Notes: generated by a model not told the origin, from the sequence alone. Counted from the stretch's first letter, positions 45,858 through 55,871 are shown. The stretch: 64,000 bases of DNA from Geopsychrobacteraceae bacterium (GCA_963676795.2 CAXXTB010000002.1:896001-960000), one strand, 5' to 3'. Numbers and translations: made by a program.

Positions 45858-46740
45858 TTTCACCACTAAAGTCACAGAGGACACTGAGATAGGGGCAATC
45901 TTTCTACGCGGCCTCTGCGTCTCGAGAGAGCGTAGCGAACGGGCGTGAGATCAAGCCTTAGATTGTCCACGGAAAACACGGAAACCACTGAAAAAATCAA
46001 ACACAGCCTCGCGCAGAGACGCGGAGGACACAGAGCCAGCGTCACCCTATGGCATAGGGGGGATTGAGGGGGGTGATTTTCTGTTACTATCAAGACATCT
46101 GTAGCAAAAGATTAAGGACGTCCTATCCGCCCTTATCCGCCTGTATCTGCGGCTAAAGACAGATTGAGGGTTTGCTCCGCGCCCTCTGCGCCTCGAGAGA
46201 GCAAAGCGAACGGGCGTGAGATTGGTTTTGAGCTGTTCTCTGAAGATAATCAAAATCAGTCTCGCGCAGAGCCGCAGAGAACGCTGAGATAACCAGGTCA
46301 ATTTCAGGTTCTATCCTGTTTATCCCTTGCATCCCTGTAAAAGAAAATGTTGAGTTTGCCTTTGTCCGCCTCTGTCTGTGGCCAATCCGCTTCAGGTCTT
46401 TCTTCGCGTTCTTCGCGACTTTGCGTGAGATAAAGATTGCCAGGTTGAGAAAGGGCATTGAAATTTAAAGGTCAGATCCTGAAAACAGGGTCATATCAGT
46501 CCTTCGTCCACGGAAAACACGAAACTCACGGAAAAAAATCAGAAGCTGTTTCACCACAGAGTCACTGAGGACTCTGAGAACAACTGAATCCGAAGGCTGC
46601 CTGTATTCCTTGTAACTCCTCCATTCCTGTAAACGGGAATCCGTCTGACTTTGTCCCTGTGGGTCTGTGGCCAAAAACAGATTTTCTCTGTGTTCTCTGC
46701 GTCTCGAGAGAGTGTAGCGAACGGGCGTGAGATCGGTTTT
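45858..46740. repeat. about 0.9-kb non-coding cluster of modular repeats
   Basis: Three GCGAACGGGCGTGAGA copies plus CACGGAAA, CGCAGAG, ATCCGC and ATCCCT triplet modules; no credible ORF. Confidence 0.9.
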
Positions 46741-46938
46741 GGTTGTCCTCCAATCCCTGCTAAATAATTCATTATTAAGTGACCCAGGTCACTAAGCTAT
46801 TAAAAACATTAAAATCCTTGATGGCCCTGATTTTCAGCAGTATAACGGAAAAAGTATTTCATCACATGGAATGGGGTTAAGGGGGGGGTAACGGATGATC
46901 GGGCTCATAACAGATTGGATCTATCAGGACATCTGCCA

Positions 46939-47514
46939 ATGAGCTACTACGATCATAACGCCGATCAGTTCTTCACTGAAACCTTCTCCCTCGACATGAC
47001 CGAAATCTACGCGCCATTTCTGGCCCGCCTGCAACCCGGCAACAGAATCCTCGATGCCGGTTGCGGCTCCGGCCGCGATGCACTGGCCTTCAAACAGAGT
47101 GGTTTTGAGGTAGCAGCCTTCGATGCCAGCCCGCAGTTGGTCAAGCTGGCCCGTACGCAGACCGGCATCGCTGTGCAGTGTTCAAGCTTTCTTGATTTTC
47201 AGGAAAAACCCGATAGCTTTAACGGCATCTGGGCCTGTGCCTCGCTGCTGCATCTGCCTCCAGCGCAGCTGCAACAAACGTTTCTTCACCTGGCAACATT
47301 TCTTGCCCCCGGTGGAGTGTTCTACTGTTCCTTCAAATACGGTGACGACGAAATCGAACGTGGTGGCCGTTACTTCACCAACCTAAATGAAAAGCGCTTA
47401 CAAGATGTTATCCGCGTTACAGGTTTAGAGATCGACACAATCTGGCATACCGAAGACCGGCGATCGGAACGGGTAGGGGAGTTTTGGTTGAATGGATTGT
47501 TGGTGAAAATCTGA
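46939..47514 (+). CDS. class I SAM-dependent methyltransferase
   Basis: YYD.NA..F, ILDAGCGSGRD, GIWACASLLH, YCSFKYG. Confidence 0.9.
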   Translation: MSYYDHNADQFFTETFSLDMTEIYAPFLARLQPGNRILDAGCGSGRDALAFKQSGFEVAAFDASPQLVKLARTQTGIAVQCSSFLDFQEKPDSFNGIWACASLLHLPPAQLQQTFLHLATFLAPGGVFYCSFKYGDDEIERGGRYFTNLNEKRLQDVIRVTGLEIDTIWHTEDRRSERVGEFWLNGLLVKI

Positions 47515-47526
47515 TATGAGGGGTTT

Positions 47527-48651
47527 ATGGCGCTTGAGGATTACATTGATAAATTCAGCCATCTGAACATGAACGCCAGTGGTGGACGCAAAAGTCCCCA
47601 TAAGGTCTGCATGTTGTTGGCGGTGATGGATCTGATTCAGGCGGGGAAGATTCACAGTAACCGGATTGAATTGGATAAGGTGCTCAGGGAGCGCTTTACC
47701 CATTACTTTGAGCAATTCCGTCAGGGGAATGACAGCGATAAACCGGAGTTGCCGTTCTTTCACCTACACAGTGAAGGCTTTTGGCAGCTGATCTATCAGA
47801 CTGGTTACTCAGCCGCTAACGTTGAAAGATATTCACAAAAAGCCGTTTCCCATGCGACTATCGATCAAGAGCTTTTCGATTATATGAAAAGCCCCATCGT
47901 CTCTAACGATCTCAAGATCGCCCTCACCGAAAACCTCACCAACTTGCCGGAACTGTTTACCCAATGGTTGCACACTATCGGCAAGTCGGACAAAACCGCC
48001 AAGAATTACCTGCAGGCGGTACAAAACTCGATTTCCAACTGGCTGGCCGATGCCGGACTGGTTTCCGAACCGCTGACGGAGATTAGATCTTATCGCAAGG
48101 TTTACGAGCTGACCGAAAAGGCCAAACAGCTGGATCAGTTCCAGGTGCGCGACAGCAAAGGCAATGGTATGTACAGCGCCGCGGTCAATTCCTATGTGTG
48201 TTTTCTCTCTGATCTGTCTCAGGTCGATCTCAAATCCGATGTTCAGCAGATCTTGGAAGACAAAGCCCTGACCGATACCGAAAAGACCATCATGACCAAT
48301 GCCCGCATGGGGCAGGGGCGGTTCCGGGAGCAGTTGGTTGCCATGTGGAATGGCTGTGCCGTGACCGGCTATGCCGATAAGCGCTTACTGGTCGCATCCC
48401 ATATCAAGCCGTGGAGTAAATCCAATAACCAAGAACGGCTGGATAAGTTCAACGGCCTGTTGCTGCTGGCCAATCTGGATAAGGCCTTTGATCTGGGGTT
48501 TATCTCGTTTGCGGATACTGGGCAGGTAATGATTTCCAGTCAGTTGGAACAGCCGGAGGTGTTAGGGATTAAAGAGGGGATGGCGTTTCATGTGTGGCCG
48601 GAGCATCGGCAGTACTTGGATTTTCATCGTAGTGGACTTTTTAGACAATAG
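47527..48651 (+). CDS. HNH endonuclease with N-terminal SBD-like domain (putative modification-dependent nuclease)
   Basis: SPHK..MLLAV and PFFHL..EGFW at the N-terminus; R.GQ..FR, CAVTG, ASHIKPW, NGLLL..DKAFD.G.ISF at the C-terminus. Confidence 0.8.
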   Translation: MALEDYIDKFSHLNMNASGGRKSPHKVCMLLAVMDLIQAGKIHSNRIELDKVLRERFTHYFEQFRQGNDSDKPELPFFHLHSEGFWQLIYQTGYSAANVERYSQKAVSHATIDQELFDYMKSPIVSNDLKIALTENLTNLPELFTQWLHTIGKSDKTAKNYLQAVQNSISNWLADAGLVSEPLTEIRSYRKVYELTEKAKQLDQFQVRDSKGNGMYSAAVNSYVCFLSDLSQVDLKSDVQQILEDKALTDTEKTIMTNARMGQGRFREQLVAMWNGCAVTGYADKRLLVASHIKPWSKSNNQERLDKFNGLLLLANLDKAFDLGFISFADTGQVMISSQLEQPEVLGIKEGMAFHVWPEHRQYLDFHRSGLFRQ

Positions 48652-48704
48652 CCTGAACCAAAGTTATGGGATGAATTGAAATTTCATGCTTTTCGGAGGG
48701 AAAG

Positions 48705-49547
48705 ATGGCACGACGTCGTACTTCAACAGCAGAAGACATTATGGAATTAACCAGTAAGCTGCCATGGTGGGGTGGTGTATTGCTGGCTATTATTTCTTTT
48801 ATTGTATTGCATTTTATCGCATCTAGACCGGTTACTCCGGTAACCGACCTGCAACAGATAGGGCATACTTTCGGTCAGCAAATTGGCAGAACTTTTGCCC
48901 TGTTCGGACAATTTATCCTGCCCATGTTGTTCTGTGTTGGCGCTTTGATCTCGTTTCTCAGACAGACGAAACAGCGAGACAATTATCGTAAGGTTGAAAA
49001 AGCTGAACCCGTTAATCCGCTCCTCAATATGTCCTGGCGCGAGTTTGAAGGACTGGTTGCAGAATTTTTTAAGAGACGTGGCTATGTCGTCAAATTGACC
49101 GGCGGTGACGGGCCAGACGGTGGGGTGGATGTTGTTCTAAGCAAAGGGAACGACAAGTATCTGGTCCAGTGTAAACAGTGGAAAGCGTATAAGGTCGGTG
49201 TCCAGATTGTTCGGGAGCTTTATGGCGTGATGTCAGCGACCGGGGCGGCGGGTGGCTTTGTTATAACTGCCGGGGAATTTACGCCGGATGCTATCGCTTT
49301 TGCAAAAGGTCTGAATATCAACCTTTTTAATGGTGCTCGATTACAGCAGATGATCCGTGATAATGACAAAGCTGCGGCACTTGAATTGGTGCAAGCTCAG
49401 GCGGAAATTGATGTACCGGTGATTCCCCGTTGTCCCAAATGTGGTGAATCTCTGGTCTTGCGCACAGCGCAGAAAGGCCCTAACGCCGGACAACAATTCT
49501 GGGGCTGTAGACGTTTTCCGCAATGTCGTGGTACTAGCCAAGTTTGA
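48705..49547 (+). CDS. Mrr-like restriction endonuclease domain with two TM helices and a topoisomerase-type C4 zinc finger
   Basis: WREFE, DGGVD, VQCKQW, FT.DA..FA; CPKCG..LVLR..FWGC..FP.C. Confidence 0.88.
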   Translation: MARRRTSTAEDIMELTSKLPWWGGVLLAIISFIVLHFIASRPVTPVTDLQQIGHTFGQQIGRTFALFGQFILPMLFCVGALISFLRQTKQRDNYRKVEKAEPVNPLLNMSWREFEGLVAEFFKRRGYVVKLTGGDGPDGGVDVVLSKGNDKYLVQCKQWKAYKVGVQIVRELYGVMSATGAAGGFVITAGEFTPDAIAFAKGLNINLFNGARLQQMIRDNDKAAALELVQAQAEIDVPVIPRCPKCGESLVLRTAQKGPNAGQQFWGCRRFPQCRGTSQV

Positions 49548-49703
49548 ATGAGGCAAGGGCTGTAAAATATTGAAGTTAGGAATCAAATCTGCTTTGCCTT
49601 TTGATAAAGCTAAGGGCAGATTTGACCCCTTTGCTTTTTTTGACCCATTATGTGCACAAGTGAGTGCTTAAATTTTTCAAGAATTTTGTTTATAGGGAAT
49701 GCG

Positions 49704-52586
49704 ATGAATAGCAAAGGTTCGGAATGGAATAGGTGGGACTTACATTTTCACACCCCATCCTCGTATGATTATAAAGATAAGACAGTTTCAAATGTCGATA
49801 TCATCAACGAAATGAAGAGAAGTTCAATAGCCGCGTTTGTTGTTACAGATCACCACGTAATTGATATTGATAGCTACAAAGAACTGAAGGAGTTGGGTGA
49901 AAAAGAAGGGATAACCGTTTTACCTGGCATAGAGTTTCTTTCGGATGCTAGAGGTAAAGAGCCAGTACACTTTATCGGTATATTTTCTGAAGAATCAAAT
50001 ATAGAACATATTTGGGGGCAAATTAAGCACAGAACAGATATCAATAAGGTGGATTCAGAAGGCCTTAGGGAAAATCAAGTTTATTGTGACCTTAAAGACA
50101 CTATAGAATTGGTAAAGGCACTAGGTGGGATTGTCACAATACATGCAGGTGAAAAGAGTGGGAGTGTAGAAAATATCACACATTCACTACCTCATGGAAC
50201 CGCTCAGAAAACAGAAATAGCGAAGGCTGTTGATATATATGAGCTCGGTAAGGAAAGTGACCAAGATGGGTACAGAAAGTTTGTTTTTCCGAATATCGGT
50301 AAAACAATACCAATGATTATTTGTTCTGATAATCATAACATTCAGAAATACCAAATAAAGCAGAAATTGTGGCTCAAGGGTGAGCCTTCTTTCAATGGGC
50401 TGAAATATGCCCTAAATGAACCAGAAAGTCGGTTCTATATTGGCGATGAACCAGAAATTCTAAAGCGGGTTAGGGATAACCCTACTAAATACATCAAATC
50501 CATCAACATCCGGAGAACAGGGAAAGAAGATGCTAGTTCAATGTGGTTTGAAGATATTTCCATACCAATGAACAGCGAGCTTGTTACTGTTATCGGACAT
50601 AAAGGAAGTGGCAAGAGCGCTCTTTCTGACATTCTTGCTGTCTGCTCAGATGCTGAACATTCTGATGATTATATATTTCTCAACAAGCAAAAGTTTAAAA
50701 AGAAAGGTCTTGCTGATCGGTTTAGTGCTTTTGTTGAGTTTGAGAGCGGGAAAAAGTCCGAAGAACGCTTGCTCACTCATATAATCGATGAAAGCCAAGA
50801 AAGGCTTGTTAGGTACTTGCCTCAAAGCTACTTCGAAAAAGTTTGTAATGAAATTGATAAAGTAGATGCTTTTCGCTCAGAGATTGAGAAGGTCGTATTT
50901 CAATATGTCCCTACAGAGAAAAAAATGGGACAATCTACGTTTGAAGAGCTTATTGACCTAAAGAAAAGAGCTGCAGAGAAGGAAATTCATCATATCCACG
51001 AAGAGATACTCGAACTGAATGATGAAATTATAAAGCTTGAGAACCAATTTGATCCAAGTTTTAGAAAAAATCTTATTAGTAAAATTAAAGTGAAGGAGGA
51101 CGAACTTACTGCCCATGAGTCTTCAAAACCAGAGATTGTCGAAGACCCATCAAGACACGCCGAGTCAGAAGATACCAAAGCGAAGAAAAAGGCTCTTGGA
51201 GAATTAGAATCTACAAAGTTAAAGATAGAAAAAGAGATTGAATCTATAACTAAGGGAATATCGGATAGGAACTATTTAATTGTTGAGGCAGAAAAGCTAA
51301 ATCGCGATTTGAAGAACAAATATAGAGAGCTAATTTCAGTTATATCTGAAGGTAACGATGTTGCTCATAAGTGCGGATTTGACATTTCTAAAGCGATTCG
51401 TATTGAATTTGACGAAAGTGTAATTAGTAACAGTGTCCTTTTGTTGAAGGAAAGGAATGAAAAAGACGCCAAACTTATCAAGGTGGAAGAAGGTTGGGAG
51501 CAAAAGGAATATGAGTTGCTTTCGCCAGCTTCAAAACTCGAATCGTTGAAAGCTCGGATAAAGTGTATTCATTCCGAATTTACCGGAGAACAAAAGGCCT
51601 TCCAGGATTATTTAAGTACTCTGGCAGAGTGGAAGATAAGAAAAAGTGAAATTGAGGGTGATTTGGAAGCTGCTGACAGTTTGGTGTATATGCGAGAAAA
51701 GTTAGTCTATCTAGACAAAAACCTTGAATTAGATATCAACGTGAAAAGAGATTTAAGGATTAAGAAAACAATCGAAATTTTATTGAAAAAGAAAGAAATT
51801 CAAGAGTTTTATGAAGAGATAAAAGAAGAAATTTCTAGAAAATTATCACAATCTGATGTTTCCGGTCTTAGTATAGCCAGCTCTTTCTATTGTTCCAATG
51901 ATTTTAAAAATACGATTCTACGAAATATAAAACAAAATAGAGTTGGTTCTTTTTATGGTAGCGAAGATGGAGCAACACTGCTTCAGGAAGAGCTAATTTT
52001 ACCAACCAACTGGAATGACGAATCGTCCGTGGAAACCTTTTTACGTCGTTTCATAGAATATTTTGAGTTTGATAAGCGGGCTAGCTCTAAGAATGAAAAA
52101 ACATTCATCGGGGAAATTATTAAGGATAGAAAGGAGCTATATAGTTATGTTTACGGGTTGAGCTTCATCGAACCATATTATGATTTGCGTCAAAAGGGTA
52201 AGAGTTTGGAGCAGCTATCTCCGGGAGAAAAAGGTGCTCTTCTACTTGTGTTCTATTTGGTGCTTGATAAAGAAGATATTCCTCTGATTATTGATCAACC
52301 AGAAGACAATTTAGATAACAATAGTGTTGCTAAGGTCCTTGTTCCCTATATAAAAGAAGCTAAGAAATACCGTCAAATTATTATGGTAACTCATAACCCG
52401 AATTTGGCCGTAGTAGCTGATTCTGAGCAAGTGATAAAAGTTAGTATAGATAAGGAAAATGGCAATGAATTTTGCTTCATATCAGGTGGTATAGAACATC
52501 CAATGATAAATGAGCAGATAGTAGAGGTCCTGGAAGGTACTATGCCAGCGTTTTCCTTAAGAAAAGATAAGTACCAGATTGCATAA
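49704..52586 (+). CDS. PHP phosphoesterase-ABC/SMC-like ATPase fusion (TrlF/Ppl-like)
   Basis: WDLHFHTP, VTDH, PGIE, SDNH; GHKGSGKS, coiled coil, LSPGEK, IIDQPEDNLD, VTHN; strongly AT-rich. Confidence 0.9.
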   Translation: MNSKGSEWNRWDLHFHTPSSYDYKDKTVSNVDIINEMKRSSIAAFVVTDHHVIDIDSYKELKELGEKEGITVLPGIEFLSDARGKEPVHFIGIFSEESNIEHIWGQIKHRTDINKVDSEGLRENQVYCDLKDTIELVKALGGIVTIHAGEKSGSVENITHSLPHGTAQKTEIAKAVDIYELGKESDQDGYRKFVFPNIGKTIPMIICSDNHNIQKYQIKQKLWLKGEPSFNGLKYALNEPESRFYIGDEPEILKRVRDNPTKYIKSINIRRTGKEDASSMWFEDISIPMNSELVTVIGHKGSGKSALSDILAVCSDAEHSDDYIFLNKQKFKKKGLADRFSAFVEFESGKKSEERLLTHIIDESQERLVRYLPQSYFEKVCNEIDKVDAFRSEIEKVVFQYVPTEKKMGQSTFEELIDLKKRAAEKEIHHIHEEILELNDEIIKLENQFDPSFRKNLISKIKVKEDELTAHESSKPEIVEDPSRHAESEDTKAKKKALGELESTKLKIEKEIESITKGISDRNYLIVEAEKLNRDLKNKYRELISVISEGNDVAHKCGFDISKAIRIEFDESVISNSVLLLKERNEKDAKLIKVEEGWEQKEYELLSPASKLESLKARIKCIHSEFTGEQKAFQDYLSTLAEWKIRKSEIEGDLEAADSLVYMREKLVYLDKNLELDINVKRDLRIKKTIEILLKKKEIQEFYEEIKEEISRKLSQSDVSGLSIASSFYCSNDFKNTILRNIKQNRVGSFYGSEDGATLLQEELILPTNWNDESSVETFLRRFIEYFEFDKRASSKNEKTFIGEIIKDRKELYSYVYGLSFIEPYYDLRQKGKSLEQLSPGEKGALLLVFYLVLDKEDIPLIIDQPEDNLDNNSVAKVLVPYIKEAKKYRQIIMVTHNPNLAVVADSEQVIKVSIDKENGNEFCFISGGIEHPMINEQIVEVLEGTMPAFSLRKDKYQIA

Positions 52587-52589
52587 TAT

Positions 52590-52649
52590 ATATAATAAGG
52601 CAATCCAGCCAACGCCAAAAAGCGGTGTGGCAGAGTTTTGACGTTATCC
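52590..52649 (+). mobile_element. degenerate integron attC-like site
   Basis: ATATAAT-AAGGC-AATCCAGCC...GGCAGAG-TTTTGAC-GTTATCC, 60 bp, directly after the stop codon; AAT instead of AAC in R''. Confidence 0.6.
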
Positions 52650-52903
52650 TTTGGAATCATTATAGAGAAATAGGGGAGTTCGGGGGACAGGATCCTTATT
52701 AGATCTATAAATGCCCCTGAGTTACCCATCTGTGTCAAACTTTGTGGGTTTAAAGAGTTGTACCATAGAGTGTCAGGGCGGGGTGTTTCCGTGTTGACGG
52801 TTGAGAGACGGATATAGTCTTGTGACGCGCAGCAATAGGATTATCCGCTGCTTACCCATTAGTTTCAATCATTTCGGCCATATATGTCTAATAGGTTTTT
52901 TGT

Positions 52904-53260
52904 ATGCATAACTTAAATTTAAAAGAAATAAGTCAGCGACTACGTGAATTTGCTGATGTGCGCGATTGGGAACAGTTTCACTCGCCTAAAAATTTGTCCA
53001 TGGCCTTAAGTGTTGAAGCCAGTGAATTGGTGGAATGTTTTCAATGGCTTACCGAAGAACAGTCGTATGCTTTAAGCCGCAGTCAACTGAATGCTGTTGA
53101 AGAGGAAATTGCTGATGTTCAGCTTTACCTGATTCGCTTGGCAGACAAGCTGGGTGTCAATATTGCTGATGCAGTTGAGAAGAAAATTGAGAAAAACGGC
53201 GCTAAGTATCCCGCGGATAGGGTAAAAGGCAGTTCGAAGAAGTACACGGAGTACAAATAA
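52904..53260 (+). CDS. MazG-like nucleotide pyrophosphohydrolase
   Basis: RDWEQFHSPKNL, EASELVE.FQW, EEIADV, K..KN..KYP. Confidence 0.93.
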   Translation: MHNLNLKEISQRLREFADVRDWEQFHSPKNLSMALSVEASELVECFQWLTEEQSYALSRSQLNAVEEEIADVQLYLIRLADKLGVNIADAVEKKIEKNGAKYPADRVKGSSKKYTEYK

Positions 53261-53277
53261 GTGATCGCGAGGGTTGG

Positions 53278-55656
53278 ATGATTGTTTATTCATCGACAAA
53301 AAGACATTTCATAGAAGATGTCCGCTCAAATAGAATGGCCGATATCATCGAAAATGAGGTGTCGAGAAAACTCAACCGAAACTCTCCGCGCAATGAAAAG
53401 CTCTCTTGGGAGCATTCACTTCAGTATATGTCTCAAATCCTCTGGGATGAGGAGATCCCATCATCTGCCGGGGTCGCTATCGAATACAACTTGCCGATGA
53501 CAAATCGGCGCGTGGATTTCATTCTGACCGGAAAAGATCACCAGAGAAACGATACGGCTGTCATTGTCGAACTTAAACAGTGGGAGACAGTTGAAAAGAC
53601 CAATAAAGACGCGATCGTCAAAACTCGCTTTGAGAGGGGCATTGTCGAAACCAATCATCCCTCTTACCAGGCTTGGTCTTATTCGGCATTGATTGAAGAT
53701 TATAACGAAACTGTGCGGCAGGAATCGATCCGCCTACAGCCTTGTGCCTATCTTCACAATATGAAGTCTGATTCTGTTATCAGAGATCCTTTTTACACGC
53801 ACCATATAGAAAAAGCGCCAATATTTATCTCACCAGACGCCCTGAAGCTTTCTGAGTTTCTGAAGCGCTATGTCAAATATGGCGATAGCGACAATATCTT
53901 ATATCGTATTGAACATGGGGTTATTAAACCGTCCAAGAATTTGGCGGATGCTTTATCCTCAATGCTGGATGGGAACCCTGAGTTTTTGATGATTGACGAT
54001 CAAAAACTGGTTTATGAAACAGCTATCGATTTGGCGCATAAGGCCCAGCTTGGAGAAAAACAGACGCTCATCGTTAAAGGTGGTCCGGGTACCGGCAAGT
54101 CGGTGGTTGCAATTAACCTGCTGACAGAGCTAACCAAGCGGGAGATGCTTGTCCAATATGTCACCAAAAATGCTGCTCCACGGGCAGTATTTAGCAAAAA
54201 ACTAACCGGCATGAGAACACAAAATGCTATTACTCAGATGTTTAAGGGCTCCGGTGCATATACTGGGGTCAAGGCTGACCAATTTGGAGCGCTTATTGTT
54301 GATGAGGCGCATCGGCTGAATGAGAAATCTGGGCTTTACGGGAACCTTGGGGAAAATCAGATCAAAGAACTGATTTTGGGTTCGCGATTTAATGTCTTCT
54401 TTATCGACGAAGCACAACGAGTCACACTTCAGGATATCGGTAGTATTGGTGCTATTAAGCAGTGGGCTAATGAGCTGAATTCGACAGTTACTGAATTGGA
54501 ATTGGCTTCTCAGTTTCGCTGTAATGGTTCGGATGGTTATCTTGCCTGGGTGGATAATAGCCTCCAAATCAGTGAGACTGCCCATCAAACCCTTGACGAT
54601 ATCGACTATGAAGTCAAAGTTTTTGATGATCCTTGTATGTTGCGCGCGGCAATTGAAGAGAAGAACCGTATAGCCAATAAAGCACGTATGGTTGCTGGCT
54701 ACTGCTGGGATTGGAATAGCAAAAAGGACAAATCAGCCTACGATATTGTCCTCCCTGAATATGATTTTAAAGCGCAGTGGAATTTAACCGATGATGGTAG
54801 CTCCTGGATTATTGCTGAGAACTCGGTAAAGCAAATAGGTTGTATCCATACCTGCCAGGGCCTGGAGCTCGACTATATCGGCGTTATCATTGGTGATGAT
54901 TTTGTTGTGCGTGATGGGGTCGTCGTTACGGATGCTGGCAAACGTTCTTCGAATGACAGGTCCATCCGTGGTTACAAAACCATGCTGAAAAAGCAACCTG
55001 AAAACGCGCGCAAGCTAGCCAGTGAAATCATCAAGAATACCTACCGTACGCTAATGACCCGTGGCCAGAAGGGGTGTTATCTGTTTTTTACCGATCCCGA
55101 AACCCGTGATTATTTTATTGCTTTAGCTAAGCGACAGGATGTTTCACCTGCGGTGGCTCCAGAACCCTATCAGGGGCTTGATTTGCCAGTTGTCTCGTTT
55201 GATGAAGCCAGACCTTTTGAGACACACGTTCCTGTTTACGATCTTCGCGCCGCTGCCGGTGGCTTCAGCGAGATGCAAATCATAGAGGACTTTGACTGGG
55301 TTGAACTGCCAGAACACATCCGGGTGAGTGAAGGAATGTTTGTTTTGCGTGTCGTCGGTGAGTCTATGAATCGACGCATTCCAAATGGATCATGGTGCTT
55401 GTTTAAGGCGAACCCTGGCGGCACCCGAAACGGTAAAGTGGTTCTGGTTCAGCATCGTGATATAGAAGATCCAGACCATGGGGGCAGTTATACGGTTAAG
55501 GTTTACTCTAGCGAGAAAATGATGGATGGCGATGCTTTGGTAAATAAGAGGATAACCCTTAAACCTGATACTACTGCTTTTGGCTACTCACCCATAGTCC
55601 TTGATGGTGAAGATGGAGATTTATTAGTACTTGGAGAGTTTTTGGGGGTTATTTAA
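53278..55656 (+). CDS. PD-(D/E)xK-like nuclease + DUF2075 (Schlafen group 3-like) helicase + C-terminal S24 peptidase-like domain
   Basis: RVD...ELKQW; GGPGTGKS, IVDEAH, QFRC.GS, CQGLELDY, LMTRG; AAAG, GESM, TVK. Confidence 0.88.
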   Translation: MIVYSSTKRHFIEDVRSNRMADIIENEVSRKLNRNSPRNEKLSWEHSLQYMSQILWDEEIPSSAGVAIEYNLPMTNRRVDFILTGKDHQRNDTAVIVELKQWETVEKTNKDAIVKTRFERGIVETNHPSYQAWSYSALIEDYNETVRQESIRLQPCAYLHNMKSDSVIRDPFYTHHIEKAPIFISPDALKLSEFLKRYVKYGDSDNILYRIEHGVIKPSKNLADALSSMLDGNPEFLMIDDQKLVYETAIDLAHKAQLGEKQTLIVKGGPGTGKSVVAINLLTELTKREMLVQYVTKNAAPRAVFSKKLTGMRTQNAITQMFKGSGAYTGVKADQFGALIVDEAHRLNEKSGLYGNLGENQIKELILGSRFNVFFIDEAQRVTLQDIGSIGAIKQWANELNSTVTELELASQFRCNGSDGYLAWVDNSLQISETAHQTLDDIDYEVKVFDDPCMLRAAIEEKNRIANKARMVAGYCWDWNSKKDKSAYDIVLPEYDFKAQWNLTDDGSSWIIAENSVKQIGCIHTCQGLELDYIGVIIGDDFVVRDGVVVTDAGKRSSNDRSIRGYKTMLKKQPENARKLASEIIKNTYRTLMTRGQKGCYLFFTDPETRDYFIALAKRQDVSPAVAPEPYQGLDLPVVSFDEARPFETHVPVYDLRAAAGGFSEMQIIEDFDWVELPEHIRVSEGMFVLRVVGESMNRRIPNGSWCLFKANPGGTRNGKVVLVQHRDIEDPDHGGSYTVKVYSSEKMMDGDALVNKRITLKPDTTAFGYSPIVLDGEDGDLLVLGEFLGVI

Positions 55657-55694
55657 TTGTCCTTGGAGTGGGGGCGGATGGTTGCCGGGGAAGC

Positions 55695-55747
55695 GGGGTC
55701 GCGTCTTGCAATCTAGCATCAAAATACGGCAATGCAAGACTTGACCC
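55695..55747. repeat. GGGGTC-tagged inverted repeat
   Basis: GGGGTCGCGTCTTGCA ... TGCAAGACTTGACCC. Confidence 0.7.
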
Positions 55748-55871
55748 TAGTGACTCTCTTGATGGTTCTGTGGCGTCCTCTATATAAAGGAGCCAGTCTT
55801 AAATGATGCACCTGACAGCCCCTGATGTAATGGAATGTCTCTTAGGCTGACTGGTTGATTCGGAGGAATTC

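Noticed and set aside
45858..46740. CRISPR array in the repeat clusters (also 58478-59030)
   Set aside because: Repeats are degenerate and irregularly spaced, the intervening DNA is itself repetitive rather than unique spacers, and no cas genes are present
43606..46772. Short ORFs inside repeat clusters (43606-43878, 44783-45133, 46153-46458, also 58541-59061)
   Set aside because: They translate the repeat modules, lack RBSs and are not frame-conserved between copies
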